From contig BAAFSQ010000104.1 in assembly GCA_054661495.1 (NCBI GenBank), positions 1-30,569 on the forward strand: a stretch of DNA of 30,569 bases. Direction: 5' to 3'. The position numbers and the translations under genes are program-made. The stretch comes from Zygophlyctis sp. KS116 (lineage: Eukaryota; Fungi; Chytridiomycota). The notes beneath the pieces are model-generated. The model saw nothing but the letters and a program-made list of their open reading frames with translations, did not search any database and was not told where the DNA came from. Below, piece by piece: positions 9,542-21,256 of this stretch (positions are counted from its first letter, which is position 1; each line of letters begins with the position of its first letter).

Positions 9542-12500
9542 TTAGTGAGCACTATATTTTAATACAAGGAATGCCATGATTCTATAAAAGAGAAACAGAA
9601 ATACTGCTATTCCAGCATAAAATCCCTTTTGATTTTCATCAAATGGAAAGTTTTCATTTGAAGTTAAAACTGATAAAACCTGAGATCCATTTGTATAAAA
9701 GCAAAGCTGAGATGCAACTTCTTCAGCTGTACACTCTATTATAGTATTTGAGTTGAATTCATTAACAGTAATTAATCGTGTCAAGTATGGAATTGGTGAA
9801 ATATAGTTTAGTCTATCCAAGAATAAAGGCATTTTTGATGACATCAAGCCAGACATTACAACAAAAATTCCTAAGAGAGAATTAGTAATTGAAATAGAAA
9901 ATCCAATATGATCAATCAAGGAGCAAAACGCTATTCCGATGCTTTCTCCAGTAGCAACAAGTAAGAATACTGCATATGTGTCGCTGAAATACGTTTCAGG
10001 GGAGAGATTTAATCCAACTAAAACTACGGCAAACAATGTATAGATCAAAGAGCTGATGATTGCTATAGGAATCTATAAATTAATCAAGTTCTATCACCTC
10101 AATTAAGCAGTAAGCGAGAAAATATGAATCTACAGAATAGATACCATCTGCTCTTTCACGAAAAAGAATATTTTTTTCTGCAGGAAAAACTGCGACGCAA
10201 TTAAGTAGACTAAACATTATAAATTGTAATAAAATACCCAACAAAAAAAATCGCCAATGTTTGCTGTATGACACCAATCTTGTTCTGAACTGAAACCTGT
10301 CCATTCCCTTGACGAGCATAGAATAGAGCTTGAATAACACCTAGAGATACAACCTGCATGATTCTAGAAAAAACTAATATAGGCTGCCGTCGAGTATTCA
10401 AAATACTTCGGCTAAATAGTACAGGAAAAGCAATCGTAAAAGGTGCCTGATTCCTCTGAATTTCTTCATTTGAGTCGGGGATCGAACTTTCAGATGCACT
10501 GACAAGACTAACTGGCCTTTCCTCTTTAATAAATTCATTCCATCTGTATATTATCGCTTCCACTCTTTTCCTTGATTCACTCTCTGCCTCAGCAGTGCGT
10601 AAATCTATGGAGCAGATGTCCAGCAAATAGTCACTTGGATTTGTATGATTTGGTAAGATGTAGCCTAAAGAGCTAAAAAAAGAGAATATATCTACTCTTG
10701 GTCCTAGCATAATTAATCTATCTAATTTTACCTGAATATGCGACTCTCCCGCCGTTGGTTAAAATCATCAAGTTATCAAATATTGGAAAAATGTCAGATC
10801 GAGGTTGATGAATTGAACATATGATCGTTCTTCCAGCTTCAGCCATATTTTTCAAGGATATCATAATATGATGGGCTGTGAATGAGTCTAATCCAGAAGT
10901 GGGTTCATCAATCACTAAAATACTAGGATCAGTTAAAATCTGGACTCCGATACTAAGCCGTCTCTTTTCACCACCACTCAAACCTTTTAATGCTTCATTA
11001 CCAACTACAGTATCAGCACAATGGCGAAGTCCTAGCATCCCAAGAATCTCCTCCGCTCGCACTTTTTTTTCTTCTTCTGTCCATGATTTTGGGAGTCTTA
11101 GCCTGGCTTGATAGTACAGCGTTTCTCTCGCAGTAAGTGCAGGAAGTAAACTTGCATCGTCTTGCCGGACAAAAGCACAGATCTTAGTTATTTCAGAAAG
11201 TCGTTCTTTTTTCATGCCATCAAACAACATTTCTCCAGACTTTTTTAATCGTACCATTGCCCCGTAATTCAGACTACGAGCAGCCAATATAGATAAAAGA
11301 GTACTTTTTCCTGTTCCAGACCCACCAATTATTATTGAGAGAGATTTAGAAGGGAACCGTGCACAGATATTATCCAGGAGAATTTTTCTATCTTCCTTTT
11401 TACCAGTATAAAGCTTCTTCCGTATTAATTCAACTGTTAAATTCTTGAGTTCCACATTTATACGGGCAGCTTTGGTTGTTTTTGCGACACTTTGCAATCG
11501 ATTATGTGCTTTCAAGCTGGAGGCTGACGAAGACGAAACATCTTTGGCATGAGCAACAACCGAATTGGGTCTAATCAGCAAAAATACAGCAGCCACCACC
11601 CAAAATACTAAGAAAATGATGCATAGCGCTAAAAGTGGTTCATAAAAATCATCTATCTTTATCCCCAATTGCTCCAAAATAATATTCCCGTTACACTGAG
11701 GTGATGTGGAGATACAAGAATATGTATTATTGGAGAATTCATTGGCAGCAAGAATTCTATATTGATATGTTAGAAATGATATTTTTTGAATCCAACGAAC
11801 GTAAACCGGCGCAGAATCAAGCTGTTGAAAAAAACCAGTGGAAAATGAGAAAAACGTATATAAACCATTTCCTAATAGAGATGCTAGAGCAAAATCTCGA
11901 AATATGCTAATACAAAAGTACGAAAATGTCACCACAATAAATTGCACAGCAAGGTTAGCGATAAAAAAGCGAAAAAAATGTAATCCAAGTTCATCAGTTC
12001 TAAGTCCAAGCATGAAATACTAAATGTTGGATAAATATTATCATACCATTATTGATGAGTATATTAGAGGAAATAATATGTTAAATGGCAGAGTAGACAA
12101 AAATTGCGCCATCATGTAAGGGATAGTGCCATACATGTTATCTGCTTTTTCCCGATCAAACACTTTCATATCAAGAGATAATTTGTAGATGATAAAAATC
12201 AACATGAGATACGTTTGCATAGACGCAACTATGTACAGAGCAGATCTTCTCGAAAGAACTCCTGGTAATGATTCATCAAGATTGTAAAAAATCGCTCCCA
12301 TTACAGAAGCAATAAATAGAACTTCGAAAAGATTCCCCCAAACCGCCAAGTTATCTCGCTTAAGGTTTGTGAGCGCTCTTCGTAAAAGAATCCATGTTTG
12401 CTGAAATCCATTAACATTGACCGCTTTTTTCGAAATAAGCAATTCATTCTCTTGTTCATCATCTTCTGGCTCAACCTTTCCAAGTTTATTGCTGGAAATA

Positions 12501-13511
12501 TTTTGATTTTCTATCTTGACCATTTCAGAACCAATTCCGGCTGATTCTACCTTGACCCATTCTTCAATCAATATATCCACATTTTTATTGGTTTCCTTTT
12601 CACTTAATTCATCCCTTGTATCAATAGAAACAATATCTATGAAAAAGTCTGCAGGATTCACGTTTAGAGGAACATCGTGTCCATGTTTACCAAAATATTC
12701 AATCATTGGAATCCCACATTTTCCAGCATAAACCAGTCTACCTTTACTAAGTAATATAATAGAATCAAAAAGCTGATAAATATCAGATCGCGGCTGATGA
12801 ATAGATATAAAAATAGTTCTTCCTCTCTTCGCAAGATCTACAAGAGTTTGAATTAAATTATTTGCAGTAAATGAGTCCAGACCTTTAATTTTAAAAATCT
12901 AAAATTACCCGTTGTTGGTTCATCTAAAAAAATTAAGGATGGATTAACTAATAATTGTATTGCAACTGAAACTCTTCGTCTTTCTCCCCCTGAAATCCCT
13001 ATTTTATTGTACTTCAAGATATACCTTTTCTCCAATCATCCCCAATAATTGTATCTGCACAATCCTTTAGCCCCAATTCCATTATAATATCATGTACAGT
13101 TCTGTATTGCTCCCTTTTAGTCAGAGATCCTAATCTTAGTTCTGCAGTATACTGTAAATATTCCCTTACAGTTAAGTAAGGCGTTAGATAATCATTTTGC
13201 TGGACATACGCAGTTACTCGATCCTTATGAAAACCATCTGAATTTAAACCGTTGAATAATATCTCTCCAGAAATAAGATCTTTTGGCAACCTTCCACATA
13301 AAGCATTTAAAAGTGTTGTTTTCCCAGATCCTGAAGCTCCCATAATTCCAATGACTTGCCCACTCTTGATTGAGAAATTGATATTTGAAATGATATCGGA
13401 TTCCTTCTTTTTTGAAGAGAAAACTTTAAGATCCTTTACTAGCACACTTATTGGATTTATATCCTCTAGAAGAGATATATTCATCCGCAATTTCTCATCA
13501 GGCGATTCCAT
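9542..13511 (-). CDS. Full-size ABCG transporter (NBD-TMD-NBD-TMD, YOL075C-like), 7 exons
   Basis: Two NBDs (GASGSGKT / ISGGERRR / LDEPTTGLD and GGSGTGKS / LSGGEKRR / IDEPTSGLD), each followed by an ABC2-type TMD. Six introns of 25-28 nt, e.g. 12999-13024, 12883-12908, 12020-12046. Start taken as the first in-frame ATG. Confidence 0.92.
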
Positions 13512-13681
13512 TTGAATTAACTGCGACACAAATGACGTTTGCGTTGGATAGATGCATGGATCCGATCTGTACCAATTTTAAATAACATACAAGAGTGCAA
13601 TATAATATCTCTATCCAATTGTCCGATTCTTCATATCATCTAATTTACAAGAGTTTCAGATTTTCAAATTTTACTTTTTAA

Positions 13682-15385
13682 ATGCCTGATAGTCCAACAG
13701 GATATGAGCAATTAACGAGGGAGTTAGATGACATTAGATCAGATATACATTCAAAGTCAATGATGCATCGGCCAAAGACATTGTCTTGTATGCCTGAAAC
13801 TGACAAGCAGCAGAGAAGTACTTTGACCAGTCCACAAGATGATAGCACAGTATCAGAGACTATAGACTCCCAATGCATTGATCGGCCATTCAGGAAATCT
13901 AATTCCCATGTCAAAGCCAAGAAGAGAGTAGTAATGATTTCTCCCACAAGGACAAATTCTCTTTTCCCAGATTTAGAAAGTACAATCTCTCAGGAAGTTC
14001 ATCAGCATACTCCAAGAATGAATATTGGAAAAGCGTCCAAGGCCCCTCTAGGTATTTTAAAAGTCAATACCAAGATTCCACTTGATTTTAAAAAGGATCA
14101 TATGGGAGTTTTGTATTCTTCAATTTTGGAAGATAAGCATACATCGATGGCAGCAGAAATGGAAAGGAAGGACATTGAGAGGTACGAAAGATGGGATGAA
14201 ATGATTTCTCAGCACTCTCAAGGATGGGATGCAGTGGTGAGTTTATATTTCCTAAAATTTAGTGGGAAGATAGAATTTGGAAGGGAGTACCCCATTCGTA
14301 TCGTAAAAATGTTTGGAATCAAATTCTAAGTATAAATTCTGGTTTTTATTCAAATTTATCGCAAAATCAAAAGAAGTGGGTTAATATGGAACTATTAAAG
14401 AAATTCAAGGTAATTAAAGGATAGATTTATATTTTAGGATATTAAATCATGGGACTTGTCAGATACCACTTTTTCTAAAGAAATTGAAAGAGATGCACAG
14501 GTCACATTGCCTCGTCATGTTACATTTCAAGGTTCAGAAGGGTAAGAGAATTGTATCTTTCTAATTTCTAGAAAACAAATTTTACAACTTGTTTTAAATG
14601 TTTTTTCGATTCATAATTATCAGATTGGATATGTGCATGGTATGAATCTATGGATTGGACTCTTGACGACTTTATTCTCTGATGACTTGGTTTTTTTCTT
14701 TTCTCAAAAACTTTTATATGATAAGCCTCGAAGGGATTCATTTACATCTTTTTATGGTCTAAATCGTCTTTACTTAAAAGATGGAACATTTTTTGATTGC
14801 ACTGTATTTATTCATTCACGTTTACTTGCTCTCTGGTTTCCCAAAATACGAGAACATCTTGAAAATTTTGGTCTATTTCCTTCTCTTTATTTAAAGAAAT
14901 GGTTATTTTCTCTATTTGTTGGATGTTCTGCAGTCTCATACCCTTTATCTACATATAAAAATTCCAATGGTGGATTATTATCCTGGCCAACAGTATTAAG
15001 AATATGGGATTTATACTTATTTTATGGATGGGATATATTAATTATTGTTAGTATATCCATCCTAAAATATTATTCTAAAGAAATCCTTAAAATGGACCCA
15101 GCAACATTAATGGTATTTTTTGGTATTGAAGATGGAAGCATGGAATCCCATGGAGTAGCCACAGACTCTTTACCTTTTATTTCTAATCCTGATAAATTTA
15201 TAGATCTAGTACAAAGCTTGTATCTTGTTGGAAAGAGACACCGCCTCTCAATACTAGGAGACTACCACTCTTCTAGAAATTCTATTGATTCTATTTCATC
15301 TATATCATCAGACTCTAAAGCATTAAGAGGAATGTCTGGAAAACAATTAGTAAACTTTTTCAAAAGCAGCGCAAGGGATAATTAA
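13682..15385 (+). CDS. Rab-GAP TBC domain protein with degenerate catalytic motifs, 4 exons
   Basis: After removing three short introns: RIWKGVPHSYRKNVW, IERDAQVT, IGYVHGMN, LYLKKWLFSLF, VLRIWDLYLFYG. Confidence 0.85.
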
Positions 15386-15491
15386 AGCTATTATTTTCAT
15401 TTTTAAAAAACACTAATACTCTTTAAACTTGTATACTTGATACTTTTCTAAATCTAGATCAAATCTAAACCTTGGGCCATTGTAAAATTCA

Positions 15492-16183
15492 ATGAAAAAT
15501 CTAGTGATTTCTCCTTCTTCTGCCCATAAATCTACAATTATTCTACTTCATGGCCTAGGAGACTCTGGTCATGGATGGCTCAGTGCAGCAGAAATGTTAT
15601 CTCCTTCTCTTCCAAACACAAAATGGATTCTTCCAAATGCTCCAAACATCAAGATCACTCTTAATTATGGTGCTTCTATGCCTGGATGGTATGATATTCT
15701 GTCATTATCTCAAAATTCTAAAGAAGATGAACCTGGTCTATACAAGTCTATTGGGTTCTTATCATCTCTAATTTCTCAAGAAATTGAATCTGGAATTCCT
15801 TCTAATAAAATAATTGTTGCTGGATTCAGTCAAGGAGCTGCTGTATCTCTATTGTATGGTGCTACTACAAATGTTAAACTAGTAATTACTCTAGAATTTT
15901 AAATTTTTAGGGAGGAATTGTATCTCTAAGCGGATATTTACCATTATCAGGTAAAATAAAACAGATTTTACAGGATACAAACAAGTCTACATCTTGGTTA
16001 ATGTGTCATGGTACTCATGATGATGTTGTTAATTATTCTTGGGGTCAAGCATCATGTAAATTATTAAAGGAAAATGGGATAAATGTAGAATTTAGATCAT
16101 ATAAGAATATGGGACATTCTGCATCCCAAGAGGAATTGATGGATGTATTACAGTTTATGAAAACTAATTTATCTGAGTTTTGA
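15492..16183 (+). CDS. APT1: Acyl-protein thioesterase 1 / lysophospholipase, 2 exons
   Basis: LHGLGDSGHGW, MPGWYDI, GFSQG nucleophile motif, CHGTHDDVV and MGHS. 29-nt intron at 15882-15910. Confidence 0.92.
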
Positions 16184-16209
16184 AAGATTTTAGATTTTTG
16201 AGATTTAAA

Positions 16210-19200
16210 ATGAAAAGAAAGACTCTAGATGAGAGTGCAATAGATGATATAGAACAAGATATTATAAATCAAGGATTGGATGTTAAAAGGATTAAAAATG
16301 TAAATATTTAGTCTTATAATAGTGTAATTCTAATGATATTGGAACAATTGAATATATTGAATTGGTAAACTTTATGTGTCATTCCTTTCTAAAGATAAAC
16401 TTGGGACCAAAGATTAATTTTGTTATTGGGAGGAATGGAAGTGGGAAATCTGCAATTTTAACTGCGCTCACTGTCTGTATGGGCGCAAAAGCACATTTTA
16501 CAAACAGAGCTGGGAATTTAAGGTCGCTTTTAAAGGCAGGAAGTTTGGCAGGTTCAATTCAAGTTGCAATTAGGAATGAAGGGGATGATGCATTCAAACC
16601 AAGCGTGTATGGAAAGAGGATTATTATTGAGAGGAAAATAGTCAAGGAAGGTTCATGTGGGTATAGAATTATGGATGAACATAGTATTTTTCTTTTTATA
16701 AATGTCTAGAAAGGACTATCTGTACGAAAAGGGAAACTTTAAATCAAATATTGGAGCATTTAATGATTCAAGTGGATAATCCATTGGCTGTATTGACTCA
16801 AGATACGGCTAGAATGTTTTTAAGTAGTAGTTCTCCACAGGAAAAATATGGGGTAAATGGATTTATTTTAAATTTAGTTGTTTTTAAGAGGAACTGGTCT
16901 CAAGCAGTTGAAGGATGATTATGTAAATATTACAAAGAATATAGTATCTACGCGGCAAATTGTACAATATAAACAAAAGGTAAAAATAAAGATTAATAGT
17001 AGATTCTTCCCGAAATTGAAGATGAGTTGAAAGTCTTACAGCGTAAATGGGAAGATTTAGAGAAATCAAAAGGTTTGGAAGATGAATGTCAAGAGTTGAG
17101 AGATGAACTTATATGGGCGCATGTTCAAGACAAGGAAGAAGTAATATCTTGTTTATTTTATTGCATAGGAACTTCAAAATAAGCAAAGGAATATAGATAA
17201 AATTGAGAGAAAGATTAATCAGAATCGTGAACAAATAATTGAGCCTGAAGGGCAAATTAAAGAAATTGAAACAGAAGAGTCTAATCTAGCAAATATTATT
17301 AATGATCATAAACAGGATCTTGTAAATCTTGCTGAGAGGCAAAAGGAAGTTAGAGCGGATATCTTCAAGATTCAGGGCCAGATTCGTGAAATTACCATTG
17401 ATGAACGTGATATTTCTTCAAGTATAAAAGAGCGCAAAAGTTCTAGTGATTTGATTGCGGCAAAAATTGAGGCTGAGAATCAAAGAATTCAGAATGATAC
17501 CGTGTAAATATTTTATTGATTCATTTTAAAGAGAATTTAGACAAAGGCAAGAAGGACAAATAGAGGAATTTGAAATGCAGAAAAGTCAACTCACTAAAGA
17601 ATCTGACGCTGTAACTTATATATATTTGTTTAATAGACTAGCTTGGAAATGAAAGGGACGCTCTAGAGCAACGATCAGAAAGTATCAAAGCAGAAATGGA
17701 AAGTGTTAGCTCAAATATTGAGCGTTTGAAGAATTCCAGCAGAATTTCTTTGGATAATATTAGAGCTCTAAAAAACAAAAAGACAGAGAAGCTAAGTGCC
17801 TTTGGTAATTCAATGCACCTCGTTATGAAGGATATTTACGCTGCAGAACAAGCTGGTCGATGGAGAGGAAAGAAACCTGTTGGGCCAATAGGTAATTTAG
17901 CGAGTTTTATATCAAAGGAACTCATGTTGAAGTAGTCGATAAAAAGTACGAGAAGGTGATTGAGACCATTTTATTAAACACTTTATCTGGTATGATCGTT
18001 GAAACGAACCAGGATAGAGCTTTGCTACAGTCTATATTAGATAAGCATTCACTGTAATCTTTTGGTTTGGTATCAATTTCATAGGAATAATAGTATTTTC
18101 GTCTGTCCTCAGAAAAGTATCGATCACACAAAAGGAGAACCTGACAATCATTTCAAAACCATACTGAGAGTTTTGAAGGTTGATAATCCTATAGTTTTAA
18201 GAGTGCTTATTATCAACCACAATATTGAAAAGATTGTTTTAGTTGACACAAGAGCAGAGGGAGATCATATAACCGGCAAAGGATTTCCACCAAATGTTGC
18301 ATATGTATATACACAAAATTGTCAGTCAATGGGTGCAAGAGGTGGAGGTTATGCCACTACTTCATTAAAACCATATACCGGGCCTCCACTTTTGGCTGTC
18401 AATATTGATGAGCACATAAAGTATGATTATTCATAAAATTCATGATATAGACAGCATGAAACAAATATTGAACAATTTAAACATCAAGTTCAAATTGAAG
18501 ATCAAAAGCATTATTCTCTGGCAAAGGAATATCAAAATTTACAGAGTCAAAGAGCACTCATTCGGGAGAAATTCAGTGCGTTAGTGCCTCAAATGGATAG
18601 GATTAAATTTGAAATTTCAAATTTAGTTGAAGCACTTCGTGTAATTATTCTTTTTTTATTCTTTAGGAACAAGAACCAGAAAATATTTTAGCTCTATTAG
18701 AGGCAAAGAGCGAAGAAGATGTACAATACGAAGCTCTTTCCCGGCAACTGTCATCTGCTATAGATAACAAAAGTAACTTGACGGGAGAATTTAATAATCT
18801 TTTGGAGGCAGATTCAGAAATAAATCGGAATATGGCGCTACTAAGGGAACAAAACATCTCGCTTGAGGTATCATTTTTGATTTATATTTACTTTATAGCG
18901 TGATCTGGAAACTCTTGCAAATGGAAAATGTAAAGCAGAAGCGCATTTACGGCATTTATCACAAAAGGCTGAGCAATATAATGAATTATTGGAGCAAGAA
19001 AAGTTGGCTCTCGCAACTCAAGAATCAATTGTTGAAGAAGCAATCAATCTGGCAGAAGATGAATGCGATAGAGTAGAAGTAACCGCATCCATGGAGGACA
19101 TCCAACGGAAAATCCTTTCCTTGGAAGCAAGAATACGTGAAAAAGAATCAGAGTACTTTTAATTAATTTTTATGATTCAGATGTGGAAGCAGAGAAGACC

Positions 19201-19891
19201 TTTACAATGAATTGATGAAGAAAAATACCTCTTATGAGGAAAGCAAGGCTCAGCTTGATAGGACAGTTAAATTGTTGGAATTTATGAGTTCTACAGTCAA
19301 AAACAGGGAAGATATTTGGATAAAATTTCGTAAAACAATATCAGTGACTGCTAAAACGAATTTCCGTGATTTCATGAAAAAGAGAGGATACAATGGAAAA
19401 CTTATCCTGGATCATGATAACCAAGCTCTCAATCTTGTTGTAAGAGATGTTATATTGTAATTTGTAGGTCCATATTGAAGACAGCTCCAAATCTGCCTCT
19501 AATGATGAAAATAACAATTCGGATAATGATCCAAAGAGTCTTTCTGGTGGAGAAAAAAGTTATTCAACAATTTGTCTTTTACTCTCACTTTGGGCATCTA
19601 TGCGAAATCCGTTTAGAGCTTTAGATGAATTTGATGTTTTCATGGTAATTTATATACACATAAATACAAAGGATGCAGTCAACCGTCGAATCAGTATGAA
19701 GCTCCTCATAGAGAACTCGCGTGAAGAGTCTTGTCAGTATATATTTATCACACCGCAAGACATGAGGTAAGAAATGATTAGCTAATGATAGTCATATCAA
19801 GGGAATAGATATGGGAAATGACATTCGTATTCACAAATTAAATGATCCTGAGAGGGGTCAAACCACATTAAGCTTTTCAAATAATAACTAA
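16210..19891 (+). CDS. SMC6: Structural maintenance of chromosomes protein 6, about 17 exons
   Basis: NFMCH, Walker A GRNGSGKS, QVDNPLAVLTQD, hinge PVGPIG, signature LSGGEKSYSTICLLLSLW, Walker B/D-loop LDEFDVFMDAVNR, C-terminal IRIHKLNDPERGQ. 16 introns of 23-31 nt (first 16300-16322, last 19767-19791). Stop TAA at 19889-19891. Confidence 0.93.
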
Positions 19892-19893
19892 TG
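19889..19893 (+). other. Overlapping stop/start TAATG (SMC6 stop / PRO2 start)
   Basis: AAC TAA TG: SMC6 TAA is 19889-19891 and PRO2 ATG is 19891-19893. Confidence 0.85.
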
Positions 19894-21243
19894 AATGGTG
19901 ATATTGCAGCGAGATCTCGAAAGGCCGCACTTGAGTTGCAAGTAGCATCTTGTAAAGATAAGTCTGCAGCATTGAGAGCAATCCATAACCAACTGCAAAT
20001 GGATAAAGATCTTGTTTTTAGTTTGAATGAGAAGGATCTAGCCAGCGCTGAAGCTCTTGTTAGTTCAGGCCAATTGTCTCTTCCATTAATCAAACGTTTG
20101 GATCTACGATTACCTGGTAAATGGGAATCGATACTGGCGGGGATCTTACAGATTGAGGGATTGGACGATCCAACCGGTAAGATTCAGTTGGCTTCGCTTT
20201 TGGATGATGGATTGAAAATGTATAGAGTCAGTTGTCCAATTGGTGTTTTATTAGTCATCTTTGAAGCCAGGCCTGAAGTAGTAGTACAGATCAGTTGTCT
20301 CGCAATTAAATCAGGAAATGCTGTAATTTTGAAGGGAGGGAAAGAAGCAAATCAGACTAATGATGCACTTTTCCAATCTATTCAAACTGCACTCAGATCT
20401 CTACCAGAAAATACTCGTATTCCAAGTGATTCGGTACAGTTGGTTTCTACTAGAGAAGAAATCTCTAATCTTTTGAAATTAGATAAATATATTGATTTGG
20501 TCATCCCTAGAGGATCTAAATCTCTAGTTCAGTATGTTCAAGAAAATACACGAATTCCTGTATTGGGCCATGCAGATGGACTGTGTTCAATATATGTAGA
20601 CGAATCGGCAGATGAAGAAAAAACTAAAAGATTAATTATAGATTCAAAGGTAATATATTATTCTTTTATTCTAAAGACTAATTATCCAGCAGCATGTAAC
20701 TCTGCTGAAACGTTGCTAATTCACTCTTCTCGTGAAGATTTACTTGTTAAAATTGCTCAAGAACTCTCAAAATATAATGTTATTATAAAGGCAGATGAAA
20801 AATCTTTTAATATTTTATCTAGAAATCATTCAGAATCAAATTTTGAAAAGGCTATAGACTCTGATTTCGACACTGAATTTTTAGACTTGAAGATTAGTAT
20901 TAAAATCGTGTCAAATTTAAAAGAAGCTATTGATCACATTAATACACATGGATCAAAGCATACAGAACTTATAATTACAGAAGATAAAGAGAATGCACAA
21001 GAATTTATGTCTCTAGTAGATGCTGCTGGTGTCTTTTGGAATGCTTCCACAAGATTTGCAGATGGATTTCGTTATGGATTTGGGGCAGAAATAGGTGTGA
21101 GTACTAATAAAACCCATGCAAGAGGACCTGTAGGATTGGAAGGATTGATGATTTACAAGTATAAAATTTTCGGTGATGGTCATATAGTAGAGGATTATAG
21201 TTCCGGTAAATTAAAATTCAAGCATCTGCCGATTGATAAATAA
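19891..21243 (+). CDS. PRO2: Gamma-glutamyl phosphate reductase, with one in-frame 27-nt intron
   Basis: PIGVLLVIFEARP, KSGNAVILKGGKEA, IDLVIPRG, NYPAACN, NASTRFADGFRYGFGAEIGVSTNKTHARGPVGLEGL. Removing 20650-20676 restores the conserved DSKTNYPAACN. Confidence 0.95.
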   Translation: MNGDIAARSRKAALELQVASCKDKSAALRAIHNQLQMDKDLVFSLNEKDLASAEALVSSGQLSLPLIKRLDLRLPGKWESILAGILQIEGLDDPTGKIQLASLLDDGLKMYRVSCPIGVLLVIFEARPEVVVQISCLAIKSGNAVILKGGKEANQTNDALFQSIQTALRSLPENTRIPSDSVQLVSTREEISNLLKLDKYIDLVIPRGSKSLVQYVQENTRIPVLGHADGLCSIYVDESADEEKTKRLIIDSKVIYYSFILKTNYPAACNSAETLLIHSSREDLLVKIAQELSKYNVIIKADEKSFNILSRNHSESNFEKAIDSDFDTEFLDLKISIKIVSNLKEAIDHINTHGSKHTELIITEDKENAQEFMSLVDAAGVFWNASTRFADGFRYGFGAEIGVSTNKTHARGPVGLEGLMIYKYKIFGDGHIVEDYSSGKLKFKHLPIDK

Positions 21244-21256
21244 TCTTGCGATTTAA

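Noticed and set aside
7568-13511. Phytochelatin synthase + ABC transporter as a metal-detoxification cluster
   Set aside because: The transporter is ABCG-type, whereas known phytochelatin transporters are ABCB (Hmt1) or ABCC. Neighbouring genes in this window are generally unrelated in function.
2933-20093. Many short antisense or alternate-frame ORFs in the track (e.g. 2933-3280, 5668-5895, 10878-11111, 13252-13515, 19797-20093)
   Set aside because: They are shadows of well-supported conserved genes and show no recognisable motifs.
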